Source of the DNA: Phycisphaerae bacterium
GTDB taxonomy: Bacteria; Planctomycetota; Phycisphaerae; UBA1845; Fen-1342
DNA length: 64,000 nt
Direction of reading: 5' to 3'
Assembly (NCBI GenBank): GCA_963675745.2
Contig: CAXXWX010000003.1
Span: 32,001-96,000, forward strand
The notes beneath the pieces are model-generated. The model saw only the letters and a program-made list of their open reading frames with translations, was not told where the DNA came from and did not search any database. Positions 20,024 to 29,785 of this stretch are shown here, piece by piece. Position numbers and translations under genes: made by a program. Position 1 is the stretch's first letter. Each line of letters opens with the position of its first letter.

Positions 20024-20095
20024 GGTACTACCGCTTCCACGATGGCGTCCCGATGGCGCCGAACTGACGTACGCTAAAGGCGCCGCCAAACCGCG

Positions 20096-21079
20096 TCAAC
20101 TGCCGGTGGCGTTGTGCGCGGAACAGGCCCGCGCAAGCGCCGCGGCTCCTATCGTGCCCGCATCGGTGCCCAAGGTCGCGAAGACGATCTGCGGACGATC
20201 GTCGGCGATTCGCCAACTTGCGGCGTCGAAGTGCGCGCGGGTGGGGCCCAGCAGGCGTTCACCGGCGTTGATCAGGCCGCCGGCCAGCACGACAAGTTGC
20301 GGGTTGAACGCGTGCTGCAAGTTGGTGCAGGCCAGCGCCAGGTAGTAGCAGGTCTCGTCCCAGATCCGTTTTGCCAGAGAATCACCTTCGTTGGCCGCTT
20401 CGAGGACGTCAACCGACGTGACCGCGTCACCGCGCTCGACGCGCGATTTCAGCAGCGACGGCTCGCCGGCCAGAATTGCCTCGGCGAAGCGCTCGGCCAC
20501 GGCGTTGGCCGACGCGTAGCGCTCCAGGCAGCCATTCTGACCACAGGGACACGGCCGGCCGTTGGGGACAATTATGCAGTGACCGATTTCGCCGGCGTTT
20601 TCAAAATGGCCGCGCCACAGGTTGCCGTTCAGTACGACACCACCGCCGATTCCGGTGCCCAGCGTAAGCAGCACGATCGAACCCGCATCGCGTCCCGCGC
20701 CCGCGACAAACTCGCCAAAGGCGGCCGCGTTCGCATCGTTCTCGAGATCGACGGACAGACCGGCCGCTTCACCAAGCCGATCGCGCAGGGGGATGTCATG
20801 CCAGCCCGGCAGGTTCGGCGCGTGGAAGATCACGCCGCGCTCGCGGGAAAGCGGCCCCGGCGCGCCGATCCCGATTCCGGCGACCTGAGTCCTGTCGAGC
20901 TTGGCCTGGTCAAGCAGCATGTCGGCAAACCCGACCAGGCGGGCAAACACGTGCTCAAAGCCCCGGTCAGCCTGCGTTTCGATCGAATCCTGCACGACAA
21001 GCTGATAGTGCTCGTCGCAGACGCCACCCTTGATATTCGTGCCACCGAGGTCAATACCGATTGTGTACAGTGCCGCCAT
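20096..21079 (-). CDS. ROK family sugar kinase (glucokinase-like)
   Basis: IGIDLGGT, ENDANAAAFGE, LGTGIGGG, GEIGH and CPCGQNGCLE motifs. Confidence 0.93.
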   Translation of the reverse strand: MAALYTIGIDLGGTNIKGGVCDEHYQLVVQDSIETQADRGFEHVFARLVGFADMLLDQAKLDRTQVAGIGIGAPGPLSRERGVIFHAPNLPGWHDIPLRDRLGEAAGLSVDLENDANAAAFGEFVAGAGRDAGSIVLLTLGTGIGGGVVLNGNLWRGHFENAGEIGHCIIVPNGRPCPCGQNGCLERYASANAVAERFAEAILAGEPSLLKSRVERGDAVTSVDVLEAANEGDSLAKRIWDETCYYLALACTNLQHAFNPQLVVLAGGLINAGERLLGPTRAHFDAASWRIADDRPQIVFATLGTDAGTIGAAALARACSAHNATGS

Positions 21080-21184
21080 GCGTACCTCCCATGTGCTGCC
21101 CGCCGGGACCGCGGCTGCGGTCGGCGTTCCGCGCATTCTACCGCTCGACGGCTGCGACGCACCACGCGCCTGGTGAGTCTGCCG

Positions 21185-22804
21185 TTATGCGTCGGTATCG
21201 GTGTCGGCGATTCCACCGATGACCACGCCGGCGATGCGCAAGCTGAGCAAGTCTTCCACCGAGGCAGTGTGGGGATTGTCGCGCCAGATCGTCAGATCAG
21301 CGGGGGCCCCGGGGCTGATCGTGCCGTATGGCGTTGGCATACCGACCGATGCCGCTGCCCCACGCGTAAACGCGTGCAGCGCTTCGGCCACGGAGATGCG
21401 CTGCTGTGGAAACCAGCCGCCGGCGGGGTTGTGCGCCGCGTCGGTCCTCGTGACGGCTCCGTGCAGACCGCGGCGCGGGTCGATCGATTCAATCGGCACA
21501 TCCGAACCCATCGCCAGGGTTACGCCGGCGTCGAGCAACGCCCGCAGGGGATATGCGTGACGCCGGGCTCTCGGCCAATGACGATCGGCGGTAGCTATGT
21601 CACCAAGTACGTGCGCCGGTTGAACCGAAGCGACGATCGCGCTTCTTGCCATGCGCCTGATGTCGGCGGCACGTACGCACTGGGCGTGTTCGATGCGATG
21701 CGGCAGGGGGGCGCGACCGATGCGACGCGTCGCCGCGATGGCGGCGATTACGTCGTGTACGGCCTGATCGCCGATGGCATGCACCCAGAGCGCCCAGCCG
21801 TGCCGAACCGCGTGGATCGCGATCTCCCGGAGCTCATCGGCGGGGATACTGGCCACACCGCGATAGCCGGGTCGCCGCGGATACTCGTCGAACATGTGCG
21901 CGGTTTGCGAGCCGAGCGCGCCGTCGGCGAACACTTTGACGGCACCAAGTCGCAGCCAGTCGTCACCCAACCCGCTGCGCAAGCCCAGGCGGCAGGCATC
22001 GTCAAGCCGGTCCAGCGGAATCGCGTGTACGACCCTCAACCCGAGCACGTCCTCATGATGATGGCGCTGCAAGTGCGTCAGTGATGGTGCGTCGTCAACC
22101 GAATGAACGCCGATAATCCCGTGACGCCGGGCGATGCGATAGGCGCTGGCCAGCGCACGGTCGATCACGCGCAGCGCCGCCACATCGGTGCGTGCCGCGA
22201 ATTCGGACACCGGGTCGGGCAGCAGCGCGATGGCCTTCTCTTGAAGCACGCCGGTGGGGGCGCCGTGCTCATCGCGCAGATAGCAACCGCCCGGTGGATC
22301 ATGCGTTAGCGCCGTGATGTCGAGTAGTCGCAGCGCCGCGCTGTTCAGCCACACGCTGTGGCCGTCGCGACTGTGTACCATCGCCGGGTGATGGGGGACT
22401 GCGCTGTCCAGGTCGCGGGCGTTTGGAAATCCGCCCTGCCAGAGATTCTGATCAAACCCGCGCGCGACGACCCATTCGCCCAGGCGCTTGCGCGCGCGCT
22501 CGCGGCTGATCCGCGCCAGCGTCTTCTTCAACGTGTCGAGTCCGGTCACGTCGATGATCAGCTCGCGGTTGAGCGCCCAATAGAAGAAGTGCGTATGGGC
22601 ATCCCACAAGCCGGGGGTGATTGCGGAATCCGGTACGTGTAAGATCTTGGTGCCCCGGCTTTTTGCCGCACGCAACGAACGTTCGCTTCCGACCGCCAGC
22701 ACACGTCCATCGCGCAGCAGCACGGCGTTGGCGCGCGTCCGACGGGCCACGCCGGTATAAACCCGGCCGCCGATAACCAGAGTGTCTACAGGCGTGTGCT
22801 TCAT
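21185..22804 (-). CDS. YtcJ-like metal-dependent amidohydrolase
   Basis: PGLWDAHTH, KVFADGALGS, HAIGDQA, RIEHAQ, GSDVP and GAPADL motifs. Confidence 0.92.
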   Translation of the reverse strand: MKHTPVDTLVIGGRVYTGVARRTRANAVLLRDGRVLAVGSERSLRAAKSRGTKILHVPDSAITPGLWDAHTHFFYWALNRELIIDVTGLDTLKKTLARISRERARKRLGEWVVARGFDQNLWQGGFPNARDLDSAVPHHPAMVHSRDGHSVWLNSAALRLLDITALTHDPPGGCYLRDEHGAPTGVLQEKAIALLPDPVSEFAARTDVAALRVIDRALASAYRIARRHGIIGVHSVDDAPSLTHLQRHHHEDVLGLRVVHAIPLDRLDDACRLGLRSGLGDDWLRLGAVKVFADGALGSQTAHMFDEYPRRPGYRGVASIPADELREIAIHAVRHGWALWVHAIGDQAVHDVIAAIAATRRIGRAPLPHRIEHAQCVRAADIRRMARSAIVASVQPAHVLGDIATADRHWPRARRHAYPLRALLDAGVTLAMGSDVPIESIDPRRGLHGAVTRTDAAHNPAGGWFPQQRISVAEALHAFTRGAAASVGMPTPYGTISPGAPADLTIWRDNPHTASVEDLLSLRIAGVVIGGIADTDTDA

Positions 22805-23249
22805 GGTTGCCTCGTGGGTCACAGCGGTGCGGATCGCAGTGTTAGCCCAAAAAAGAACCCGCAGCGGAGAACGCCACGGGCAGTATCATAAACCGGTCGG
22901 GCCGGTCTTGGATACAAAGGGTGGAGCAGGCAAGCGGCGACCAGGGTGTTCGGGCCGAAGGGAGGGGGTGGCCACCGCGTTGCATGCCTGCTCCCCTTAC
23001 TTCTACTATAGAGTACTAGCATCCGCCGTACCAGTTCGTAATACGCATTTTTTTCTCCGCTAATAGGCGTTCGGCCATTTGCCAGCACAAATCCCCGGTA
23101 AACTCGCGCACCGCAACGCGCAAAACTCCCCACGCGGGCGCCGCGCCACCATGGTACTACCGGGGTTTCTTCACCCGGTCAGCTTGATTCTCCAACGCCC
23201 GCATTTTAGACTGCCCGGCTGTGGGCACTTGACCGGTGCTTGACCTGTC

Positions 23250-23321
23250 GCCGATGTAGCTCAATGGCAGAGCACGGCTTTCGTAAAGCCGAGGTTGTGG
23301 GTTCGACTCCCACCATCGGCT
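23250..23321 (+). tRNA. tRNA-Thr (CGT)
   Basis: Acceptor GCCGATG/CATCGGC, D-arm TAGCTCAATGGCAGAGC, anticodon arm CGGCT-TTCGTAA-AGCCG, T-loop GGTTCGACTCC. CCA not encoded. Confidence 0.97.
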
Positions 23322-23840
23322 TCCTTTCCGAAGTGACCACCACCCCGATTCACCAACGCCTGTTTCGCCGCGGATCATCGCCGCGCGCTGAACACTTCGT
23401 GCATCGGCGGCGTTGGTATCGCGCGCCGTGATCACATCGCGCGCATGACGACGCACCCCGGTTTGGCGGCGCCGCCGATACGCGGTTCGACGACGCGTCA
23501 TCGAAGTCATCAGCGCGCGCATGTGGTGTCGCACAACCAGCGCGCTGCGCGCTTCTGGTGCGGCGCATTGGTGGCATGAACGCGCTTCGCGCTGCGCTGT
23601 GATTGCGGTGCGCGCGCCGCAGAGCCGGCCGCGCGTTGGCATGACGGGCTTATGCCGCCGGGTAATGCGCTCGATCGCACGATTCGACGCGCGTGATTTT
23701 TTTTGAGAAATATCTGATAACGCTAGTGGCGATGTGTCGATGATGCTATACATTAATAACAGTCGCGGGCACCATACGCTGCGTGATCCGCGACCGGCAA
23801 GGAAATAGATCGCGGCTTGATGTTTGAGCCGGTTCAAAGT

Positions 23841-23889
23841 GATGGAAGGTCTTCGAAGCGCGCCACGGCTGGACCTTCCATCTTTTTTT
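23841..23889 (+). terminator. Rho-independent terminator-like hairpin
   Basis: 11-bp stem GATGGAAGGTC/GACCTTCCATC followed by T7. Confidence 0.7.
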
Positions 23890-23995
23890 GCGCGCCGCGC
23901 AAACCAGCGCGGGCACGATCGCGCCCGCGCGTGGGTGTCCTGTTTGCGGCTTATACAAGCTGTGAATCGGTCCGCGGTGCGGTCAGCGTCACGTG

Positions 23996-24655
23996 TCACA
24001 CGAGTGACAGCGTTTCGTCAACCAGCTTGCGAATGCCCTCGAACACTTCAGCCGGACCTTGACCGATCATGTACGCCGGCGTCGTGACGATCTTGTGCGC
24101 CTTGTCGACCACGAACTCGGTGACTGCGCAATCCTGATGCGCGCAGCCGGTTTTCGTGATCGCGCCGGCGGTCTGCGCATCGTTGCCGATCGTCACGGTG
24201 GCCGGAATACTGCGCTTGCCGGCGATGCGGGCCAGTAGCGCCGGCGCGATGCAGATCGCCGCCACGGGTTTTGCGGCCGCGAGCATATCACCAACCAGCT
24301 TCTCGACCGCGGCGTTGACGTTGCAGTCGGGGCCCTTGTCAGCGAAGTCGCAGAGATTCTTGGCAGCGCCGAAACCGCCGGGGATGATCAGCGCATCAAG
24401 CTCCGCTGCGCTGACCTCGGCGGCGTCGCGAATCTCGCCGCGCGCGATGCGCGCCGCCTCACGCAGCATGTTGCGTTTCTCGGATGTCGGCTGCCCGGTG
24501 AGATGATCAACCACGACCGACTGGTTTGCGTTGGGCGCGCAGCAGACGATCTCGGCGCCCTTCTGGTTGAGCGCCAGCAACGTCAGCACCGACTCGTGGA
24601 TCTCAGCCCCGTCATAGACGCCGCAGCCTGACAGTAACACTCCCACTCTGGGCAT
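23996..24655 (-). CDS. elbB: ElbB/ES1 (DJ-1/PfpI family) glyoxalase
   Basis: LSGCGVYDGAEIHE, EAARIARG, PGGFGAAKNL, ICIAP and TTPAYM motifs. Confidence 0.95.
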   Translation of the reverse strand: MPRVGVLLSGCGVYDGAEIHESVLTLLALNQKGAEIVCCAPNANQSVVVDHLTGQPTSEKRNMLREAARIARGEIRDAAEVSAAELDALIIPGGFGAAKNLCDFADKGPDCNVNAAVEKLVGDMLAAAKPVAAICIAPALLARIAGKRSIPATVTIGNDAQTAGAITKTGCAHQDCAVTEFVVDKAHKIVTTPAYMIGQGPAEVFEGIRKLVDETLSLV

Positions 24656-24781
24656 GATGGTCTCCGTTTGACTTGTGAGCGACAGGCGACCGGCGCCCTC
24701 GGCTGTCGAGGATGCCGGTCGCCTGCCTGGCGGAAGCGCCTTCCGATCGGCACAACCGCCAAGTTTGCCTGCACGATTCTA

Positions 24782-26963
24782 TCAGGGCCGATACTGCGCC
24801 GGCAACTCGTCCTCGCGGCCCAGACGCTCGTACGTCTGCTGCAGAAAGCGCCTGAACTCGTCGGGTTTGAGCCACTGGGCATGGCCATCCGCAAACACGG
24901 CGGCCACGCCTTCATCCCCGCGCGGAATCTCATACATCAGCACGTTGCGCGGGTCGACGTTGGGTGACTGCCCGGTGATGTAAATGTACGCCTCCTCGCC
25001 CGGTCCGTGCCGGGGCGAGACGAGCATCTTTGGCAGGGCCAGATCCTCCTCTATCAGCACGGCCAGACTGTCGGGGAACTGCTCGTCGTGGTCATTCGAG
25101 TAGATGTAGCAACCCTGCACCAGGCCGCGCAGATTGGCCAGCGTCACCGCGCGCTTGGCCAGTTCGCGGGCGCGTACGAGTGACGGAATCAGAATCGACG
25201 TCGCCATGGCGGTCGTCGTCACACTGGTCCCTCCCGACAGCAATGGCATCACGACGCCGCGCGATTCGAACGTGATCCACTCCTCATCAGCCGACCAGCT
25301 ACTGACGCCGTCGTGTGTTTCCGCCAGGGTCTCGGGCAGTGTCGATAGCAGGCCCGGGTTCCACTCGCGCGACGGTGCAAACGACGCGGCGGCCGTCTCG
25401 AACAGCAGTTTCAACCCGTACGTTGAGCGCACCACGTACTCGTTGTCGCTGAAGTAAAAGCTCTGGGGTTGGTCTTGGCAGTTCGCGCAACGCCGCCTGT
25501 ACCGATTGCTCGTCCAGGATGCTGTCCTTCCGCAGCTTGGGATCGGCCTGTTCGAGTGCGAGTCCCACCACCTGCGGCGACAGCCCGCAGACAACACGCC
25601 CATCGACAAAACACGCCGCCGGGGATACCGGTATCGGCAGCCCCGCGATGACCAGATAGTGAATATCGTGCTTGCCTTTCTTGAGCGTCATCTGCCGCAA
25701 CTCGGCCTTGCCTTGCGCGGCCATGGGCGTAGTGATCTCAATCAGGCGATTCCAGACATTCTGCAGCGTCACCGCGTCCTGAACATCAACCACCAGGGCC
25801 ACGCCCGTGATAAGAAATCCGCCGTGGTCGGGGGCGTCATAAAGCACCCATGTGTCACCGAGGGCCGGCAAGGCATCGTCGAAAATGGAAAAGCCGAGGA
25901 TTCCCTTGGCGGCGCCCATGGCCGCCTGAAACCCGAGTTGGGCGTCCGGTGCCAACGCGTCGAGCACGCGCATGGCCTCATCGTGCAGCATCGGCCAATC
26001 CATGTTGGCCGCCACGGCCCAGTGTGCGTCACGCGGGATCAACGCGAGGTCTTCTTTCGTGAGCGGCGCGTGATCCCACAGCTTCAGGATGCCGCGCATA
26101 GGGCCGTCGAGCTTGAGCAGTGCGCATGTGGCCAATCCCAGCGAGGATTCATCGACCGCCACATAGAATGCGTCGATCGAGCTCAGCCCCGTCTCGGGCA
26201 GGACCGAGTCGAGCATTATGGCGGCTTCGGGTTCTTCGCGGGCGGCCAACTCGCGCAGTGACGACAGCACCGTGTCCATGTCGGCGTACGCACAGAACTT
26301 CGGCGCGGCGGTGGTCTTGGCCTTTTCGCGGCAGGCCTTGAACTTCTCTTGTGATGCCAGCTTTGCCCCATCGCCGAGCAGACGCGTCATTTCGTCCGCC
26401 GTATTCGCTGTGCCGAAAACGAGGTAGAAGATGTCATCGCGCGTGTTCCAGAGCACTTCCATCTTGTCGTCAACCTGGTGGGCGTGTTGGAACGTCTGCC
26501 CCTCGATGGTGTCACGCTTGACCTCAAATTCCTCCGTGCTCTCCAGGAATTCGCGGACCCGCGCGGAGAGCTTCTGTGTATCGGCCCCCGCATCGACGAT
26601 CACGGCGACGTTGAGCACCGGCGGATCGAATGCTTCGGCGGGGGGGGCCAGGCCCAGCAGGGCGACGCCGCCCGAGGCATTGCTCAACAGGGCGGCGGTC
26701 TCGAACAGCTCCTTCAACGGACCCATTTCCGCCGCGTCAGCCTCGTCACGCGCCACAAGCTGGTTAACCATGCCTTCAAAGAACCCGCGCCACTGTTTGC
26801 TCTCGTCCTTGTCGAGCACTTGTGACCAGCCGACGTATAATGGCACGTCGGCCGGCATCAGCTCAGCCGCGTCGGTCGGCTGTGCGTGGAGGTGGGTGAC
26901 GGGAGTTGCCACGCAGATAAGCGCGGCAAGGACCGGCAGAGAGCGTCGCAGTTGGATCATCAT
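24782..26963 (-). pseudogene. Secreted protein with a DUF1559-like C-terminus, split by a single frameshift near 25477
   Basis: The signal-peptide ORF (ATG 26963, AAGGAG SD) joins the 24782 ORF (PSLVRARELAKRAV..NLR, FADGH) if one A is removed from CTG CCA A GAC CAA. Confidence 0.75.
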
Positions 26964-27133
26964 GGTTTGCACTCCTTGCGGAACGGTTTGTGGGGACGTG
27001 TTGATTCCGAGGCTGCTGTTCATGTGTAATGAAAGTTCAGAAGGTGCTGTCGCGCTCGTTGGGGCGGCCGCTATTTAACAGTATACTCCAGATCAGTCAC
27101 AAGTGTGAATTCAATAACAGGAGTTTTCCCTTT

Positions 27134-27958
27134 ATGCACCGTTTGGGCGTCGTGTCGTTCCTGAATTCCCGCCCCCTGGTGGCGGGTTTGGCCGGCCAAG
27201 CCCGCGTGACGCTTACGTTCGACGTCCCGTCGCGACTGCCGGCGTTGCTCGATTCCGGCGCCGTAGACGTGGCTCTGCTGCCCGTCGTCGATGTCTTGCG
27301 CGCCGGCGGGAAGTACGCCGTTGTATCTGATGCGTGCATCGGCTGTGACGGCGAGACGATGACCGTACGCGTGTTTTCGCAGGTGCCCCCCGACCGCATT
27401 ACAACTTTACACGTCGATCCGGATTCGCACACATCGGTGGCGCTCGTGACGGTCTTGTGGCGCGAGCTGTATGGCCGATCGTTGACGCTCGCGCCGCTGG
27501 TGGATGCGCCGGATCGAGCGCGGTGCGAGGCCGTGCTGCTGATTGGCGACAAGGTCGTGGACCCGCAGCGCGGCAGCTTCGCGTACGAAGTGGATCTTGG
27601 CGGAGCCTGGCGGCAGCAGACGGGATTGCCGTTTGTGTTCGCGGTTTGGGCCTGCCGCCGCAGCGAGGGTGTCGGCGCGCAGCCTGACGTCGCGTCGCTC
27701 GCTGCGCTGCTCTCCGCCGCGCGCGACCGCGGTGTGGCCGAGGCGCGCGAGATTGCCGTCGAGTGCGGCCCGCGTCTGGGATGGTCGCCGGACCTGGCGG
27801 TCAGGTATCTCACGCGCTGCCTCCAATACAATCTTGACCAGCGGGCGATCGAGGGTGTCAGACGTTTCGCCGCCCTGTGCGCCCGGGCCGATCTGATTGA
27901 CCCCGGCGTGGAAATCGACTGGCCCGACGCGCTGGCGCCGCACACGCTCGGCACGTGA
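27134..27958 (+). CDS. mqnA: Chorismate dehydratase (futalosine pathway)
   Basis: VSFLNSRPL, DVPSRL, SHTSVAL, LLIGD and DLG.AW...TGLPFVFAVW motifs. Confidence 0.93.
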   Translation: MHRLGVVSFLNSRPLVAGLAGQARVTLTFDVPSRLPALLDSGAVDVALLPVVDVLRAGGKYAVVSDACIGCDGETMTVRVFSQVPPDRITTLHVDPDSHTSVALVTVLWRELYGRSLTLAPLVDAPDRARCEAVLLIGDKVVDPQRGSFAYEVDLGGAWRQQTGLPFVFAVWACRRSEGVGAQPDVASLAALLSAARDRGVAEAREIAVECGPRLGWSPDLAVRYLTRCLQYNLDQRAIEGVRRFAALCARADLIDPGVEIDWPDALAPHTLGT

Positions 27959-29259
27959 CACCTTCACACCGCACACCGACTTGCGAGACCATGAGCGTTT
28001 CAGACCCCGCGGCTACTGCTGATCGCCTTTCCGATGCCCAGGCGCTCGAGCTCTACCATGATTGCTCGATCCATGAACTCGGGCGCAAGGCGTTTGCGCG
28101 GCTGTCCGAGCTGCACCCCGAGCCTTACCGCACTTACGTCGTCGATCGCAACATCAACTACTCCAACGTCTGCACGGCGCGTTGCACGTTCTGCAATTTC
28201 TACCGCAAACCGGGCAGCCCGGATGCGTATACGCTCACCTATGAGCAGATTGGACGCAAGATTGAAGAGCTGCTCGCGATCGGCGGCACGCAGATCCTAA
28301 TGCAGGGCGGGCTGGTCCCCGATGCTGGCCACCCCAGCGGCCAGGGCCTGCCGTTCGAGTGGTATCTCGACCTGCTGCGCCACATCAGGCGGCGCTACCC
28401 GACCATTCACATTCATGCGCTTAGTCCGCCGGAGATCTGGGCCTTTCACCGGGTGTTCGGCATGCCGCTGCGCGACGTGCTGCTGCGGCTCCAGGAAGCC
28501 GGGCTGGACACCATCCCCGGCGGCGGCGGCGAGATTCTCGTCGATCGCGTGCGCCACATAATCGGCCGCGGCAAAGCGACGACCGACGAATGGCTCGCCG
28601 TTATGCGCACGGCGCACTCGATCGGCATGAAGACAAGTTGCACGATGATGTTCGGCCACATCGAGACGGTCGCCGAGCGCATCGAGCACCTGCGCCGCCT
28701 GCGCGACCTTCAGGACGAAACCGGCGGCTTTACGGCGTTTATTCACTGGCCGTTTCAGCCGGAAGGTACGCCGCTGGGGAGGTGGAAGGGGAGAGGAAGG
28801 GAACTGGGAACGGGGAACGGGGAACAGGGTGCTGTGCCACTGCTCTTGAGCAGTGCCGAAGGCGCGGGATGCGACAATCATCCGACCGACGCGTGTGAGA
28901 ATCGGACGAGCCGGGCGCGGCGTATCCCGGATGGTGAGCACCTCTACCTCGCCGACGCGCACGAGTACTTACGTATGCTCGCGATCGCCCGGCTGTACCT
29001 CGACAACATCCCGAATATTCAATCGAGCTGGGTGACGATGGGACCGAAGATCGGCCAGCTCGCGCTGCTGTTCGGTGCCAACGACATGGGTTCGGTGATG
29101 ATGGAGGAAAACGTGGTCAGCGCCGCCGGCACAACGTACCGCCTCGACGAAGCCATGATCCGCCGCCTGATCACCGACGCCGGCTGGCAACCGCAGCAAC
29201 GCGACCAACACTACCGCCCGATCAACACCCAGCGCGGGAAACCCAGCCCCCCGGATTGA
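27955..29259 (+). CDS. mqnC: Cyclic dehypoxanthine futalosine synthase (radical SAM)
   Basis: DRNINYSNVCTARCTFCNF, LMQGG, PGGGGEIL, NIQSSWVTMG and GANDMGSVMMEENVV motifs; follows mqnA. Start may be the ATG at 27991. Confidence 0.9.
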   Translation: MTPSHRTPTCETMSVSDPAATADRLSDAQALELYHDCSIHELGRKAFARLSELHPEPYRTYVVDRNINYSNVCTARCTFCNFYRKPGSPDAYTLTYEQIGRKIEELLAIGGTQILMQGGLVPDAGHPSGQGLPFEWYLDLLRHIRRRYPTIHIHALSPPEIWAFHRVFGMPLRDVLLRLQEAGLDTIPGGGGEILVDRVRHIIGRGKATTDEWLAVMRTAHSIGMKTSCTMMFGHIETVAERIEHLRRLRDLQDETGGFTAFIHWPFQPEGTPLGRWKGRGRELGTGNGEQGAVPLLLSSAEGAGCDNHPTDACENRTSRARRIPDGEHLYLADAHEYLRMLAIARLYLDNIPNIQSSWVTMGPKIGQLALLFGANDMGSVMMEENVVSAAGTTYRLDEAMIRRLITDAGWQPQQRDQHYRPINTQRGKPSPPD

Positions 29260-29263
29260 AACA

Positions 29264-29286
29264 TGGGACCGACCTCCGGTCGGTCA
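29264..29286. repeat. REP-like palindrome, copy 2
   Basis: Identical to 619-641; lies between convergent mqnC and fdx. Confidence 0.75.
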
Positions 29287-29306
29287 GCCGGTGACCGCGT
29301 ACGCTG

Positions 29307-29723
29307 TCAATGCTCTTCGCGCGCCAGGTTGCGGTTCCAGGTTGGCACAATCACGCGCAGATCCTTCTCGCCGGTCGGCACACACTGGCAGGCCAGCCGC
29401 GATTGCGCCGTCAGCCCATAGGCGTCGTCGAGCCGGTCTTCCTCGTCGTCCGTCGACTCGCCGCACGCGTCAAGTCCCTCCTTGACGATGACGTGACAGG
29501 TGCTGCACGCGCAAACTCCGCCGCAGGCGTGGTCGATCTCCACGCCGTGGCCCAGCGCGATATCTAGAATGCTGCCCGGCTGTCCGTGTGTGCCATAGGG
29601 AATCCGCGCGGGATCAACCTCGATTACGTGCTCCTGTCCTTGCTCGTCAACTATCGTGATCATGAACTTTCGCGTCGGCTTGTCGGCCTTGGCGTCCTCG
29701 ATGTAGGGATTCTGATTACCCAT
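29307..29723 (-). CDS. fdx: ISC-type [2Fe-2S] ferredoxin
   Basis: HACGGVCACSTCHV and SRLACQ motifs; last gene of the isc operon. Confidence 0.92.
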   Translation of the reverse strand: MGNQNPYIEDAKADKPTRKFMITIVDEQGQEHVIEVDPARIPYGTHGQPGSILDIALGHGVEIDHACGGVCACSTCHVIVKEGLDACGESTDDEEDRLDDAYGLTAQSRLACQCVPTGEKDLRVIVPTWNRNLAREEH

Positions 29724-29785
29724 CGCGTGTTCCTCTGGCGCGCTTCACCTTGAAGCGTAGCGGCCACCGGCTAAAGCAATTCCCT

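Noticed and set aside
20114..22084. 656-aa plus-strand ORF and similar long overlapping ORFs
   Set aside because: Antisense to well-supported genes, as expected in high-GC DNA.
23157..23999. 280-aa minus-strand ORF, or a tRNA-integrated island
   Set aside because: The ORF runs antisense through the tRNA (WWESNPQP signature). No integrase or duplicated tRNA 3' end was found.
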